DNA of 64,000 nt from Mobula hypostoma (GCF_963921235.1 NC_086097.1:21826001-21890000); one strand, 5' to 3'. Positions 11,236-24,400 are shown, counted from the first letter of the stretch. Numbers and translations: made by a program. Notes: generated by a model not told the origin, from the letters alone.

Positions 11236-13797
11236 GAGATTGTCAGGAATGACATTGTGGGCATTACTAAGTCATGGCTGAAAGAAGATCATAGTTGGAG
11301 TTTAACGTCCAAGGGTACACCTTGTATCAAAAGGACAGGCAAGTAGGCAGAGGTGGTGGGGTGGCTCTGTTTGTAAAAAGTGAAATCAAACCCTTAGAAA
11401 GGGGTGACAAAGCATTGGAAACTGTAGAATCCTTGTGGGTAGAGTTAAGAAACTGCAAAGTTAAAAAGACTCAGGTGGGAGTTTTGTACAAGCCTCCAAA
11501 CAGTAGCCTGGATGTGGGGTACAAATCACAATGGAAGATATAAAAGATATGTAAAAAGGGCACTGTTATGACAGTAATGGGGGATTTCAAAGTGTAAGTA
11601 GATTGGGAAAATTGGGATGGTGCTGGATTCCAAGAGAGGGAATCTATGCATGTTTTTTTTTAGAGCAGCTTGTGCTTGAACCCAAGAGGGCAAAGGCAAT
11701 TCTGGATTGGGTGATTTGTAATGAAGCAGGTAAAGTAACTTTTAAGTGGCAGTGATCATAATATGATAGAATTCACCCTGCAGTTTGAGAGGGAGAAGAT
11801 AAAGTCAGATGTATCAATATTACAGAGGAATTAAGGGAATTACAGAGGGATGAGCGAGGTGCTGGCTAAAGTTGATTGGAAGGGGACTCTAGCAGGGATG
11901 ACAACAGATCAACAATGGCTGAAGTTTCTGGAGACAGATTGGAGGGCACAGGATAGATATATCCGAAAGTTGAAGAAGTATTCTAAAGGAAAGATAACAC
12001 AACCATGGCTGACGAGGGAAGTCAAAGACAGCAGAAAAGCAAAAGAGAGGAAATACAATACATATAGCAAAAATTCGTGGAAAACGAGAGGATTGACAAG
12101 CTTTTAAAAACTAACAGAAGGCAACTCGAAAAGCCTTTAGGAGAGAAGAAATGAACTATGAAGGGAAGCTAGCCAACAATATAAAATAAGGTACCAAAAG
12201 TTTTTTTCAAATATATAAAGAGTAAAAGAGAAGCATGAAAAGATATTGGGTTGCTGGAAAATGATGATGGAGAGTTGGTAATGGGGGACAATGAAATGGC
12301 GGAGGAACTTAAAAAGTATTTTGCATCACAGTTCTGAAAGAGGGAGCTGAAGAGATTGTGGAGGCATTAGTAATAATCTTTCAAGATTCACTTGATTCTG
12401 GAATGATTCCAGAGGACTGGAAATTGCTAATATCACTCCACTCTTTAAGAAGGAAGGGAGGCAGAAGAAAGGAAATTATAGGCCAGTTAGCCTGACCTCT
12501 GTGGTTGTGAAGATGTTGGAGTCCATTATTGAAGACGAGGTTTCCCGGTACTTGGAGACGCATGTTAAAATAGGTCAAAGTCTGGAAGGGGATATCTTAT
12601 TTGACACCTCTGCCGGAAGTTTTTGAGGAAATAACAGATAAGATAGACAAAGGAAAGTCAATGGATGTTGTTTACTTGTATTTTCAGAAGGCACTACACA
12701 TGAAGCTGCTGAACAAAGTAAGATCCTATACTGGAAAAGTACTAACATGGATCGGAAGATTGGCTGAGTGGCAAGAGGCAAAGAGTGGGAATGAACGGGG
12801 CCTTTCTGCTTGGCCTCTGGTGACTAGTGCTGTTCCGCAGTGGTCGGTGTTGGGACCGCTTCTTTTCATGTTATACTTGAATAATTTGGATGATGCAATT
12901 GATGGCTTTGTGGTCATGTTTACAGACAATATGAAAGTAGATAGAGGGGCAGGTAGTGTTGAGGAGGGAGGGAGTCTGTAGAAGGGCTTACTCAGATTGG
13001 GAAAATGGGCAAAGTGGTTGATGGAATATAGTGTAGGGAAGTGTATGGTCATGCACTTTGGTAGAAGGAATAAAGGGTTAGACTAAATTTCAAAAATCAG
13101 GTTGCAAAGAGACTTGGGAGGTCTTGTGCAGGATTTGTAGGTTGAGTCGGTGGTAAGGAAGACAAATACAATGTTAGTATTCATTCTGAGAGGACTAGAG
13201 TATAAGTAAAAGCAAGGATGTAATGCTGAGGCTTTATAAGGCATCGGTTAGACTAGGTTTGGAGTGCTGTGAGCAGTCTTGGGCCCTTATCTATGTGGAG
13301 GCGCTGGAGAAGGTTCAAAGGATGCTCATGAGACTGATTCCAGGATTGAAAGGATTAACCTCTGAGTAGCATTTGATGGCTCTGGGCCTGTACCTGCTGG
13401 AGTTCAGAAGAATGAGGGAGGATCTCTTTGAAGCCTATCAAATATTAAAGTGTCTGCATAGAGTGGGTGTAAGATGCATGTTTTCTATAGTGGGTGAGCC
13501 TAGGATCAGAGAGTATAGCCTAAGACTAGAGGGGTGTCCATTTAGAGCAGAGATGAGGAGGAATTTCTTTAGCCAGATGGTAGTGAATCTGTGGAATTCA
13601 TTGCCACGGACAGCCGTGGAGCCAAGTCAGTGAGTATCTTTAAAGTGGAGGTTGATAGTTTCTTAATTAGTCTGGGTCAAATGTTATGGGGAGAAGAAGA
13701 AGAATGAGGTTGAGGGATAATAAATCAGCAATGATGGAATGGCAGAGCAGACTCAATGGGCCGAATGGCCTGAGTTTTTTCCTATGTCTTATGGTCT
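11236..13797 (+). mobile_element. Decayed CR1 LINE, ORF2 region
   Basis: GGGVAL, SLWVELRN, YKPPNS, MFTDN (from FADD), FRRMREDL, VVNLWNSLP; many stops and deletions; CR1 tail. Confidence 0.88.
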
Positions 13798-14149
13798 AAC
13801 TTTACTCACTCCTTATACTGAACTATTCCCACAACCTATGGACTGACTTTCCAGGACTTCATTTCGTGTTTTGGATATATATAGTTTATTTATTTATTTG
13901 TTTATTATTATTAATGTTCTCTTTTTTATTTGCACAGTTTGTTGTCTTTTGCACATTGGTTGTTTGTTCATCTTGTGTGTGGTTTTTCACTGATTCTATG
14001 GTGTTTCTTTGTATTTGCAGTGACTATCCACCAAAAAATAACTCTCACAGTTGTATATGGTGACGTATATTTACTTTGACAATAGATTTATTTTAAACTT
14101 TGATCTTTAACTATAATGTTTCTGTTTATTGCTAGGATAAAAAGTGAAA

Positions 14150-14698
14150 TATATTATCGAACTACCTATATGTTATCTTGAGATTCATTTTCTTGTAGGC
14201 AGTTATGGGAAGATAAAGAACATAGAATTTATGCAAAACTGTACATAAACAAAGGCTGACAAACAACCAATGTGCAAAAGAAGACAAACTGTACAAATAA
14301 AAGATATTTACTGATTACGTGTGTTGTAAAACTTCCTGAGATTGAGTCTGTAGGTTGGGTTGTGCTGAGTTGTGTCGAGTTGCGGTGAGTGAAGTTATCC
14401 AGGCCGGTTCAGGAGCCTGATGATTGTGGGGAATTACTGTTCCCAAGCCTGGTGGTTTGGGACCTAAGGTTTCTGTACCTCTTGCCCAATGAGAAGAAGG
14501 GATGGCCTGGATGACGGGGGTCCTTGATGTTGGATGCTGTTCTGGTTCAGCAGCTCCGTATGTAAATGGTGAAGATGGCTTTCCCTGTGACAGACTGAGC
14601 TGTACACATTTCTTTTCTTGGCATTGGTGTTCCCATATCAGACCATGACACTTTCCAGTTCAGATGCACTCCACAGTGCATCTATAGAAGTTCATCTA
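14150..14698 (-). mobile_element. Rex1/Babar 3' fragment
   Basis: Same UTR and coding remnants as 977-1660 (ACAAACAACCAATGTGCAAAAGAAGACAAACTGT); a + strand copy of this UTR lies at about 13800-14105. Confidence 0.65.
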
Positions 14699-15730
14699 GT
14701 TCAAGTTCAAGTTGCATTGTCATTCAACCATACATAAGTGTTGGGCACGTGGCCAAGTGGTTAAGGCGTTTGTCTAGTAATCTTAAGGTTGCTAGTTTGA
14801 GCCTCAACTGTGGCAGCGTGTTTGCGTCCTTGAGCAAGGCACTTAACCACACATTGCTCTAGTGTCTGTGTGAGGAATGACTTCAATCTGCGCCTTGTAA
14901 GGCATGAAAATGCCCGACGCAGGTCTCTCATGGTTTGAGTCGACGTTCCCTCCCTCCCCATGCATGTGAATGCAGGCAAATGAAAAAGCGTTCCTCTGGG
15001 ACCAAGGTGGAAAACACAGTGCCAACAGTCACAACACACAGCACGTATAGCCAAATAATTATGATAGTAGAAAAGCAAACAGTTACAAAAAGAAATAAAA
15101 AATAATAATATAGCCCAAGCATCTGGATGTCATGCCTGGTATATTGATGTCGCATTCATGTTGACCTGAAGCCATTTTTCTGCATGAGCAAGGTCCACAG
15201 CAGTTCCTCATATCACATAGTGCTCCGAGTGGCACTGGACAGCAGCACTGACAGTGGGGGCCAGCCCCCGACCCGGTGTGGAATCCAGCAGCACTCAGCC
15301 AGCTCTGGCAGTTCCTTCCTTGGCAGCTGCAACAGGCATGAGGACCAGGACCATGCCACAACTGCGGCCGTGCAGCTCACCAGCTGTAGTTCTCAACAGT
15401 GAACCAGTATTCCACGATCCAGTTGTCCAAATGGGTCTTGTGATCACCATAAAGATGTCCAAGGCAATCAACCACACCAACTGTTGGACTACACTCCGCC
15501 TCCGATGCCTTCTTCCCTGGGTATCTGAAGCAGGTTGCAACAAGGCAACATGGTGCTCAAGCCCAGCTCTTGCTACTATAGAACAAATCGCCAGTGGGGT
15601 AGAGTTCCAGTGCTTGATGTTCTTGATAACTAGTAGTGTCCTGCATTTGTGATAAAGATGTAAAGATCAAGCAATTACAGCTTTGCTTATACCCAGAGAG
15701 GCCACCGCACCCGAGAATGTTGCCATCTCA
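14699..15730 (-). mobile_element. Non-coding retroposon with (TTGAAC)n tail
   Basis: Tail TTCAAGTTCAAG at the left end; 3' region similar to the + strand copy at 44470-44710; putative 5' end reads GAGATGGCA. Confidence 0.5.
14743..14958 (+). mobile_element. tRNA-derived SINE with CORE-like domain
   Basis: A box TGGCCAAGTGG, degenerate B box AGTTTGAGCC, CORE-like GTCCTTGAGCAAGGCACTTAACC, (CCCT)n tail; nested in the previous element. Confidence 0.7.
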
Positions 15731-15928
15731 AGAGTAGATGGAGAACGCCTGAACGCCAACAGAGACCCGAGTAAGGTAATAAGAAATGGAAGAAATAGGA
15801 GCTTCTCATGCCTTGTTCGAAATTGAGTAAGACATTGATCTTTTGCCTTAACACTCCCTCACTCCCTTCTTTCCCAACCCCTTAAAAACTGATCCCTGTC
15901 TTGAACAGACTCCAGACAGCTCCAGGAC

Positions 15929-16060
15929 TCCTGACGAAGGGTCTCGGCCTGAAACGTCGACTGCACCTTTTCCTACGGATGCTGCCTGGCCTGCTGCGTT
16001 CACCAGCAGCTTTTATGTGTGTTGCTTGAATTTCCAGCATCTGCAGAATTCCTGTTGTTT
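15929..16060 (+). mobile_element. Short Penelope-like 3' end starting at the hammerhead
   Basis: Core 15931-15963 identical to 8862-8894; 5' arm of stem I partly replaced by flank (ACTC instead of AGTC). Confidence 0.8.
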
Positions 16061-16769
16061 GTGCCATAATATATTATTTTTTATAAGAAAGGGCTCTGCA
16101 CCTCATGTTCTCAATATTATTTATTTACTTATTTATTACACTTTGTGTTATTTTCATAGTTTGTCTTCTTTTGCACATTGGTTGTTTGTCAGGCTCAGTG
16201 TGCAGTTTCTCATTGATTCTATTGTTTTTGTTCTGCTGTGAATGCATACAAGAAAATGAACCTCAGGGTTGTATATGGTGAAATACACAGTATGTACTTT
16301 GATAATAAATTTACATTGAACTTTGAAATGGGAGTGTTCTGGCTTTAAATTGTACGTATATACTGAATGCTTGTGAGAAATTTAATCTCAGGGTAGTATA
16401 TGGTGATACAGGATATACTTGTATCTTGATGATAAATTTACTTTGAACTTTGAAATTTGAATTTAGACAGTGCAACTTAATGATATGGAGTCAGATGGCA
16501 CATATCTAACTGAATATCATTATATCATAATATAAAAAGATAACTGAGACTGAATTAAGTCGAATTGATTGTAAATGTTGTGATGTCTTTTTTATATCAT
16601 CTCCTCTTCTCAAGATTTGACTTCATCATCATCTGAAATGGTCATATGAATGTGTGCCAAAATGTTACCACCTCAATATGCCAATATGGATGAGTGCCTG
16701 CCAGTCAGCATGGATCAGGTGGGCCAAATGGCCTGTTTCATTCTGTATGATTTGATGGCCATGAAATGC

Positions 16770-18280
16770 GGAGGCATTGGCAATGATCTTTCAAAAGTCG
16801 AAAGATTCTGGCATGGTTCCGGAGGACTGGAAGATTGCAAATGTCACTCAGCCATTTAAGAAGGGGGCAAGGAAGCAAAAAGGAAATTATAGACCTGGTG
16901 GTTGGGAAGTTGTTGGAGTTGATTGTTACAGATGAGGTTACGGAGTACCTGGAGGCATATGATAAGATAGGCAGAACTCAGCATGATTTCCTTAAAGGAA
17001 TATCCTGCCTGACCAATCTATTACAATTTTTTGAGAAAATTACAAGTAGGCTAGACAAGGGAGATGCAGTGGATGTTGTACATCTGGATTTTCAGAAGGC
17101 TTTTGACAAGGTGCCACACATGAGGCTGCTTAACAAGATAAGAGCCCATGGAATTATGGGTAAGTTACATACGTGGATAGAGCCTTGGCTGATTGGCAGG
17201 AAACAAAACAGAGAGTGGGAATAAAGGGATTCTATTCTAGTTGGCCGCCGGTTACCAGTGGTGTTCCACAGGGGTCTGTGTGGGGGCCGCTTCTTTTTAC
17301 GTTGTACATCAACGATTTGGATTATGGAATAGATGGCTTTGTGGCTAAGTTTTCTGATGATACGAAGATAGATGGAGGGGCTGGTAGTGCTGAGGAAACA
17401 GAGAGTCTGCAGAGCGACTTGGATAGAATGGAAGAATGGGCAAAGAAGTGGCAAATGAAATACAGTGTTGGAAAGTATCTGGTTATGCACTTTGGCAGAA
17501 CAGATAAATGGGCAGACTATTATTTAAATGGGGAGAGAATTCAAAGTTCTGAGATGCAACGGGAATTGGGAGTCTTCGTGCAGGATACCCTTAAGGTTAA
17601 CCTCCAGGTTGAGTCGGTGGTGAAGAAGGCGAATGCAATGTTTGCATTCCTTTCTAGAGGAATAGAGTATAGGAGCAGGGATGTGATGTTGAGGCTCTAT
17701 AAGGCGCTGGTGAGACCTCACTTGGAGTACTGTGGGCAGTTTTGGTCTCCTTATTTAAGAAAGGATGTGCTGACGTTGGAGAGGGTACAGAGAAGATTCA
17801 CTAGAATGATTCTGGGAATGAGAGGGTTAACATATGAGGAACGTTTATCCACTCTTGGACTGTATTCCTTGGAGTTTAGAAGAATGAGGGGAGACCTCAT
17901 AGAAACATTTCGAATGTTGAAAGGCATCGACAGAGTGGATGTGGCAAAGTTGTTTCCCATGATGGGGGAGTGTAGTACGAGAGGGCATGAGTTAAGGACT
18001 GAAGGGCGCCCATTCAGAACAGAGATGCGAAGAAATATTTTTAGCCAGTGGGAGGTGAATCTATGGAATTTGTTGCCCCGGGTGGTAGTGGAGGCCAAGT
18101 CATTGGGTGTATTTAAGGCAGAGATTGATAGGTATCTAAGTAGCCAGGGCATCAAAGGTTATGGTGAGATGGCGGGGGAGTGGGACTAAATGGGAGAATG
18201 GATCAGCTTATGATAAAATGGCAGAGCAGACTTGATGGGCCAAATGGTCAGCTTCTGCTCCTTTGTCTTATAGTCTTATG
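16770..18280 (+). mobile_element. 5'-truncated CR1 LINE (RT)
   Basis: ORFs 16835-17224 and 17173-18189: LDFQKAFDKVPH, GVPQGSV, KFSDDTK, LVRPHLEYC, RRMRGDLIE; CR1 tail. Confidence 0.93.
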
Positions 18281-18352
18281 CTCTAAGAGGTATAGGGCCT
18301 TCAGAAACAATTCTCATAAAGGTTGCTCATAGCACTGATCCTTCTTTGTAAT

Positions 18353-18545
18353 ACACACCAACAATTGCTGGTGGAACTCAGCAGGTCAGGCAACACTTGC
18401 GGAGAAGAATAAAGAGTCAACATTTTGAGCCGAGACCCTTCGTCTACGGAGTTGCTTTCCATAGATGCTGTCTGGCCTGCTGAGTTTCTCCAGCATTTTG
18501 TGTGAGTTACTGTAGATTTCCCACACCTATAGAATCCCTTGTCTT
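18353..18545. mobile_element. Inverted pair of old Penelope-like termini
   Basis: Minus copy 18353-18444 (reverse complement GACGAAGGGTCTCGGCTCAAAATGTTGAC) followed by plus copy ATAGATGCTG..CTGCTGAGTTTCTCCAGCA. Confidence 0.7.
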
Positions 18546-18676
18546 TATTATTTTTTGTAATATTTGTTGACTGATTGAGCAGTAGGTATTGAAATTAAAT
18601 AGGTTTAAACTCTGCATAACTTGAAAAAGAAGATGGACTTAATTTCACTCTATTACTTTGTATTTCTATGTGGAAG

Positions 18677-18756
18677 GAGGAAGATCAAAGAAGCTTGAAT
18701 CTTCTAAAGGATCTTGTCTACTTCAGTTGCAATAAAGTTATTCTGAAGTTGGCCAG
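18677..18756 (+). other. Candidate host-gene exon, unidentified
   Basis: Pyrimidine-rich tract then AAG acceptor; open frame EEDQRSLNLLKDLVYFSCNKVILKLA; donor uncertain (AG|GCATGT); phase-compatible with the candidate at 9-66. Confidence 0.2.
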
Positions 18757-19269
18757 GCATGTACTGTATAGCAATTGCTTTGGCGGCCTTCAGAGTAATG
18801 TAGAAGAAAAGATTGGATTCCGTTCCTGAGACAATTGCGACTTTACACAAAATTGAGGGACGTACAGCTCGAGGGAAATCCACTTACATTTACTGTCATT
18901 GATTTTTGTAAGGCTTTCATCCATGTGTCTGATGCGGCTCTTGAGACAACCAAGTCTTGGATTCTATCCAGGCTGTGATTTTTTTCTGTGGTTAATTTCT
19001 TGTAATGTCCGTACTGTGCGTACCTTCATTCTTGACAATCAACTTGACCCCTTGGGTTTGCCATACCATCTTGGGCAATTTATGGTACAAGAAAAAGGAC
19101 ATGTAGCCCAGTGAACGATACATTTATACCAATATGATATCCCAGCCTTGTAGGTTAAGGCAGTTTTTACAGGGTTCTGCCTCCATCACTCTTTCAGACG
19201 ATGGTTTCCAGATGCCCATTGAAAATATTTTTGCTCATCCTCCCTCTAATCCTTCTACAGATTAGTTTA

Positions 19270-20060
19270 CATAGGACAGAGAGCATTACAGTCCAGTGCA
19301 GCTCCTTTGGCTCATGACGTAGTGACAACCTTTTAACCAACTCTAAGATCAATGTAACCCTTTCCTCCGACATAGGCCTCCATTTTTCTATCATCCATAT
19401 GCCCAACTAAGAATCTCTTAAATGTCCCTAAAGTATCTGCCTTTACCACCACCCCTGGCAGGCATTCCACACACCCATCAGACTATGTAAAAAAACTTAT
19501 CTCTGACATCCCCCCATACTTTCCTCCAATTACCTGAAAATTATGTCTCCTTATATTAGCCATTTCCGCCATGGGGAACAGCCTCTGGCTGTCCACTAGA
19601 TCTAAAAATAAGTCACCTTAGAAATAAAATGTACAAGATTTACAAGTCAAAGGTTACAAGATCACATTCCGGGCTATAGGTTGACTCATTATAGAGCCTG
19701 ATTGCTGAAGGTAAGAATGACCTTATATAGTGCTCTTTAGAGCAGTGCAGTTGTCTTAGTCTTTTACTGAAAGTGCTCCCCTATTCAGCCAAGAGGGTGA
19801 GAAGCATTGTCCAGAATAGCCAGGATTTTCCAGAGGGTCCCTTGTTTTACCACATCCTTCAGTGTGTCCAGTTTGACCCCTATAACAGAACCAGCCGTTA
19901 GTTCATTGAGCCTACTGGCATCACCCGTCTTGATGCCATTGCCCCAGCATATCACCGCATGGAAGATTGTACTGGTGAAAAACAGTCTGGTAGAACGTAG
20001 CCCTAGCTTGCTCAATCTATCCTCCTAAGACATCTCCAATCCAAACAGAATAGTTTAAAT
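19270..20060 (-). mobile_element. CR1 3' fragment interrupted by a Rex1 3' fragment (about 19610-19995)
   Basis: CR1 3'UTR and ORF end on the left; ORF 19785-20015 HAVICWG..ILAILDNASHPL matches the C-terminus of the Rex1 at 10384-10695. Confidence 0.65.
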
Positions 20061-20159
20061 CTAAATCTTCTTGCCAAGGAAAGGAAGTCCCTTGTGCTCA
20101 CTCCAAGAGGGGTTCTTGTAACTATCTACCCCTCTGTGGTGGCTGCATTCCACAAGGAG

Positions 20160-21232
20160 TGGAGGCTTTGGAGAGAGTGCAGAAGAGGTTCACCAAGATG
20201 TTGCTCGAATTAGGGAGTATTAGGTATAAGGAGCAGTTGGATAAACTTGAAGTGTTTTATTTGGAGCATCAAATACTGGGGTGGGGGGTGGCGGTGACCT
20301 GATAGAAGTATGCAGAATTTTGAGGGGCAGAGTCGGAGAAGATGATCGGAGGGAGTGAGACACAGGAGATTGCAGATGCTGGAATTTGGACCAAAGAGCA
20401 TATGCTCCAGGAACTCAGCGAGTCAGACAACATCTGTAGAAGGAAATGGAGAGTCATAGGGTCATAGAAAAGTACAGCACAGAAACAGGCCCTTCAGCTC
20501 ATCTGACCTGTGCCAAAACATTTCAACTTCCTACTCCCATCGACCTGCACTGGGACCATAGCCCTCCATGCCCCTACCATCCATGTACCTGTCCAAACTT
20601 CTCTTAAATGTTGAAATCGAGCTTGCATGCATCTACACTCTCACGACCCTCTGATGTTTCCTTAAACTTTTCACCTTCCACCTTTAACCCATGACCCTGG
20701 TTGTAGTCCCACCTAACATCAATGGAAAATGCCTTTTGCATTTACCTAATCTTTACCCCTCATACTTTTGTATACCTCTATCAAATCTCCCCTCAATCTT
20801 CTACGTTCCAAAGAACAAAATCCTAACCTATTCAATCTTTCCTTATAAATCAGATCCTCTAGACTTGACAACGTCCTGGTGATATTTTGGTTAGGAATAC
20901 TTCATCAGGACAGTCAAATAAGACCCTTTTCCCAAGGTGAAAATGTCAAATACTAGAGGGCATTGCTTTCAGGTGAGAGGGGGAAAAGTCTACTTATATA
21001 GAAGCTTCTTACACAGAAAGTGACATGTTCCTGGAACATGCTGCCAGGGGATATGACGGAGACAGATACTACAGCAACATTTAAGAGGCATTTAGACATG
21101 AACACGCAGGGAATAGAAGGCGGTGGACCACCTGCAGACAGATGTGCAGTTTAAATTAGCGTCATGGTCAACACAGGCAAGATGGTCTGAAGGGCCTGTT
21201 CCTCTACTGTAGTGTCTTATGTTCTGTGTTCC
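20160..21232. mobile_element. Three-layer nest: CR1 3' (+) containing a Penelope-like end (-; 20357-20455 and 20881-20911) containing a CR1 3' fragment (-; 20456-20880)
   Basis: ALERVQKRFTKML on + resumes at about 20915; the PLE tail halves rejoin; inner CR1 tail ATAGGGTCATAGAAAAGTACAGCACAG. Confidence 0.7.
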
Positions 21233-21490
21233 ATGAACTTCACCTCAATCTGTTCCAAAGAAAATGGTTCCAACCTAACCAATCTCTGCCCACAACTATA
21301 ACCCAGCACCAGTCCTGGAAATGTCTTTATTATTTGATTATTAATAAATGTGATTATTGCTGATCATCTGAATTCAGTTCCCTACTCCAGCTTTCTCCCC
21401 CATAGCCCTTGATACCTGTAGTTCAGACTTAGATTGATTTATATATCACATATACTTCGACACACACAGTGAAATGTGTCTTTTGGGTTC

Positions 21491-24400
21491 AGACCATAAG
21501 ACATAGGAGCAGCGCTAGGCCACAGGGCCCATCGAGTCTGCTCTCCCATTCACTCATGGCCGATCCTTTTTTTTCCTTCCTCAGCCCCACTCCCCGGCCT
21601 TCTCCCGGTAACCTGTGATGTTGTGGCCAATCAAGAACGCATCAATCTCTGCCTTAAATGCACCCAACGACCTGACCTCCACAGCTCCCTGTGGTAACAC
21701 ATTCCACAAATTCACCACCCTCTGGATAAAGAAGTTTCTCTGCATCTGTTTTAAATGGACGTCCTCGATCCCCAGGCTGTGTCCTCTTGTCCTAGACTCC
21801 CCCGACCATGGGAATCACCCTTTCCACCTCCACCCTGTTTAGGCATTTCAACATTTGAAAGGTTTCTATGAGATCCCGCCTCATCCTTCTAAATTCCAGT
21901 TAGTACAGGCCCAGAGCCATCAAACATTCCTCATATGATAACCCTTTCATCCTTGTGAACCTCCTTGTGAACCTCCTCTTAACTCCTTCCAATGCCAGCA
22001 CATCCTTTCTTGGATAGGAGCCCAAAATTGTTCACAATGCTTAAGATGAGGCCTCACCAGTGCTTTATAAAGCCTCAGCATCACATCCTTGCTCTTATAT
22101 TCTAGGCCTCTTGAACATCGCTTTTGCCTTTTTCATCACCCACTCAACCTGCACGTTAACCTTTAGGGCGTTCTGCACAAGGACTCCCAAGTCCCTTTAC
22201 ATCTCAGATTGTTTGATTTTCTCCCCATTTAGAAAATAGTCTGCATATTTATTTCTTCCACCAAAGTGCATGACCATGCATTTTTCAACATTGTATTTCA
22301 TTGCCACTTTCATGCGTATTCTCCTATCATTCTAAGTCCTTCAGTATCCTACCTGTTTCCTCAACACTACCTGCCCTTCCACCAATCCACCAATCTTCTG
22401 CAATCTTGGCAACAAATCCATCTATTCCATCATTTACATACAGCATTAAAAGAAGGGGTCCCAACACCAAGCCCTGTGGAACCCCACTAGTCACTGGCAG
22501 CCAACCAGAAAAGGATCCTTTTATTCCCACTCGCTGCCTCCTACCAATCAGCCAATGCTCTAACCATGTTAGTAACTTTCCTACAATACAATGGGCTCTT
22601 AACTTGCTAAGCAACCTCATGTGTAGTACCTTGTCAAAGGCCTTCTGACAGTCCAAGTATACATCCACTGCCTTCACTTATTTATCCTAACCTCCTCATA
22701 GAATTCCAACAGATTTGTCAGGCAAGATTTTCCTTAAGGAAACCATGCTGACTTTGTCCTATCTGTGTCACCAAGTACTCCATAACCTCATCCTTAACAA
22801 TTGACTCCAACATCTTCCCAACCTCTGAGGTCAGGCTAACTGGTCTACAATTTCCTTTCTGCTGCCTTCCTCCTTTCTTAAAGAGTGGAGTGACACTTGC
22901 AATTTTCCAGTCCTCTGGAACCATGTCAGAGTCCAATGATTCTTGAAAGATCATTACTAATGTCTCCACAATCTCTACTGCTTTCTTTTTCAGAACCCTA
23001 GGGTGCAGTTCATTTGGTCTGAGTGACTTATATCCTTAGATGTTTTAGCTTTTTAAGGACCTTCCTCTTTGTAATAGTAACTGCAATCACTTCTCTTCCC
23101 TCTCACCTTTCAACAGCTGGCACACTGCTAGTGTCTTTACAGTGAAGAGTGATGAAAAATGCTCTTTTAGTTCATCTGCCATCTATTGGTCCCCTGTTAT
23201 TATTTCTTCAGCCTCATTTTCTGGCAGTCCTATATCCACTCTCGTCTCTCTTTTATTTTTCATCTGCTTGGAAAAACTTTTTATATCTACCTTGATATTG
23301 TTTGTTAGCTTAGAACCATAGAACCATAGAAAACTACAGCACAGAAAACAGGCCATTCACCCTTCTAGTCTGTGCTGAAACATTATTCCGCTAGTCCCAT
23401 TGACCTGCACCCAGTCCATAACTCTCCAGACCTCTCCCATCCATGTATCTATCTAATTTATTCTTAAAACTTAAGAGTGAGCCCGCATTTTTGTATGTTC
23501 TAGTATCAATTGTTTGGCGACAATAAAGTATAAAGTATTTACCACGTCAGATGGCAGCTCATTCCGCACTCCCACCACTCTCTGAGTGAAGGAGTTACCC
23601 CTAATGTTCCCTCTAAACCTTTTTCCTTTCACCCTAAAGCCATGTCCTCTTGTATTTATCTCTCCTAATCTAAATGGAAAGAGCCTACTCCCATTTACTC
23701 TGTCTGTACCCCTCATAACTTTGTAAATCTCTATCAGATCTCCCCTCATTCTTCTACCCTCCAAGGAATAAAGTCCTAACCTGTTCAATCTTTCCCTGTA
23801 ATTCAACTCCTGAAGACCTGGCAACATCCTAGTAAATCTCCTCTGCACTCTTTCAATCTTACTGATATCCTTCCTATAGTTAGGTGACCAGAACTGCACA
23901 CAATACTCCAAATTTGGCCTCACCAATGTCTTATACAACCTCACCATAACATCCCAACTCCTATACTCAATACTTTGATTTATGAATATCAGGATGCCAA
24001 AAGCCTTCTTTAAAGCCCTGTCTACCTGTGATGCCACTTTCAGGGAATTATGTATCTGAACTCCCAGATCCCTTTGTTCCTCCGCACTCCTCAGTGCCCT
24101 ACCATTTACTGTGTATGTTCTACCTTGATTTGTCCTTCCAAAATGCAATACCTCGCACTTGTCTGCATTAAATTCCACCTGCCATTTTCTGGCCTATTTT
24201 TCCAGTTGGTCCAGATACCTCTGCAAGCTTTGAAAGCCTTCCTCGCTGTCCACAACGCCTCCAATCTTAGTGTCAACAGCAAACTTGCTGATCCAATTTA
24301 CCACATTATCATCTAGATCATTGATATAGACAACAAACAACAATAGTCCCAGCACAGATCCGAGGCATATCACTAGTCACAGGCCTCCAGTCTGAGAAGC

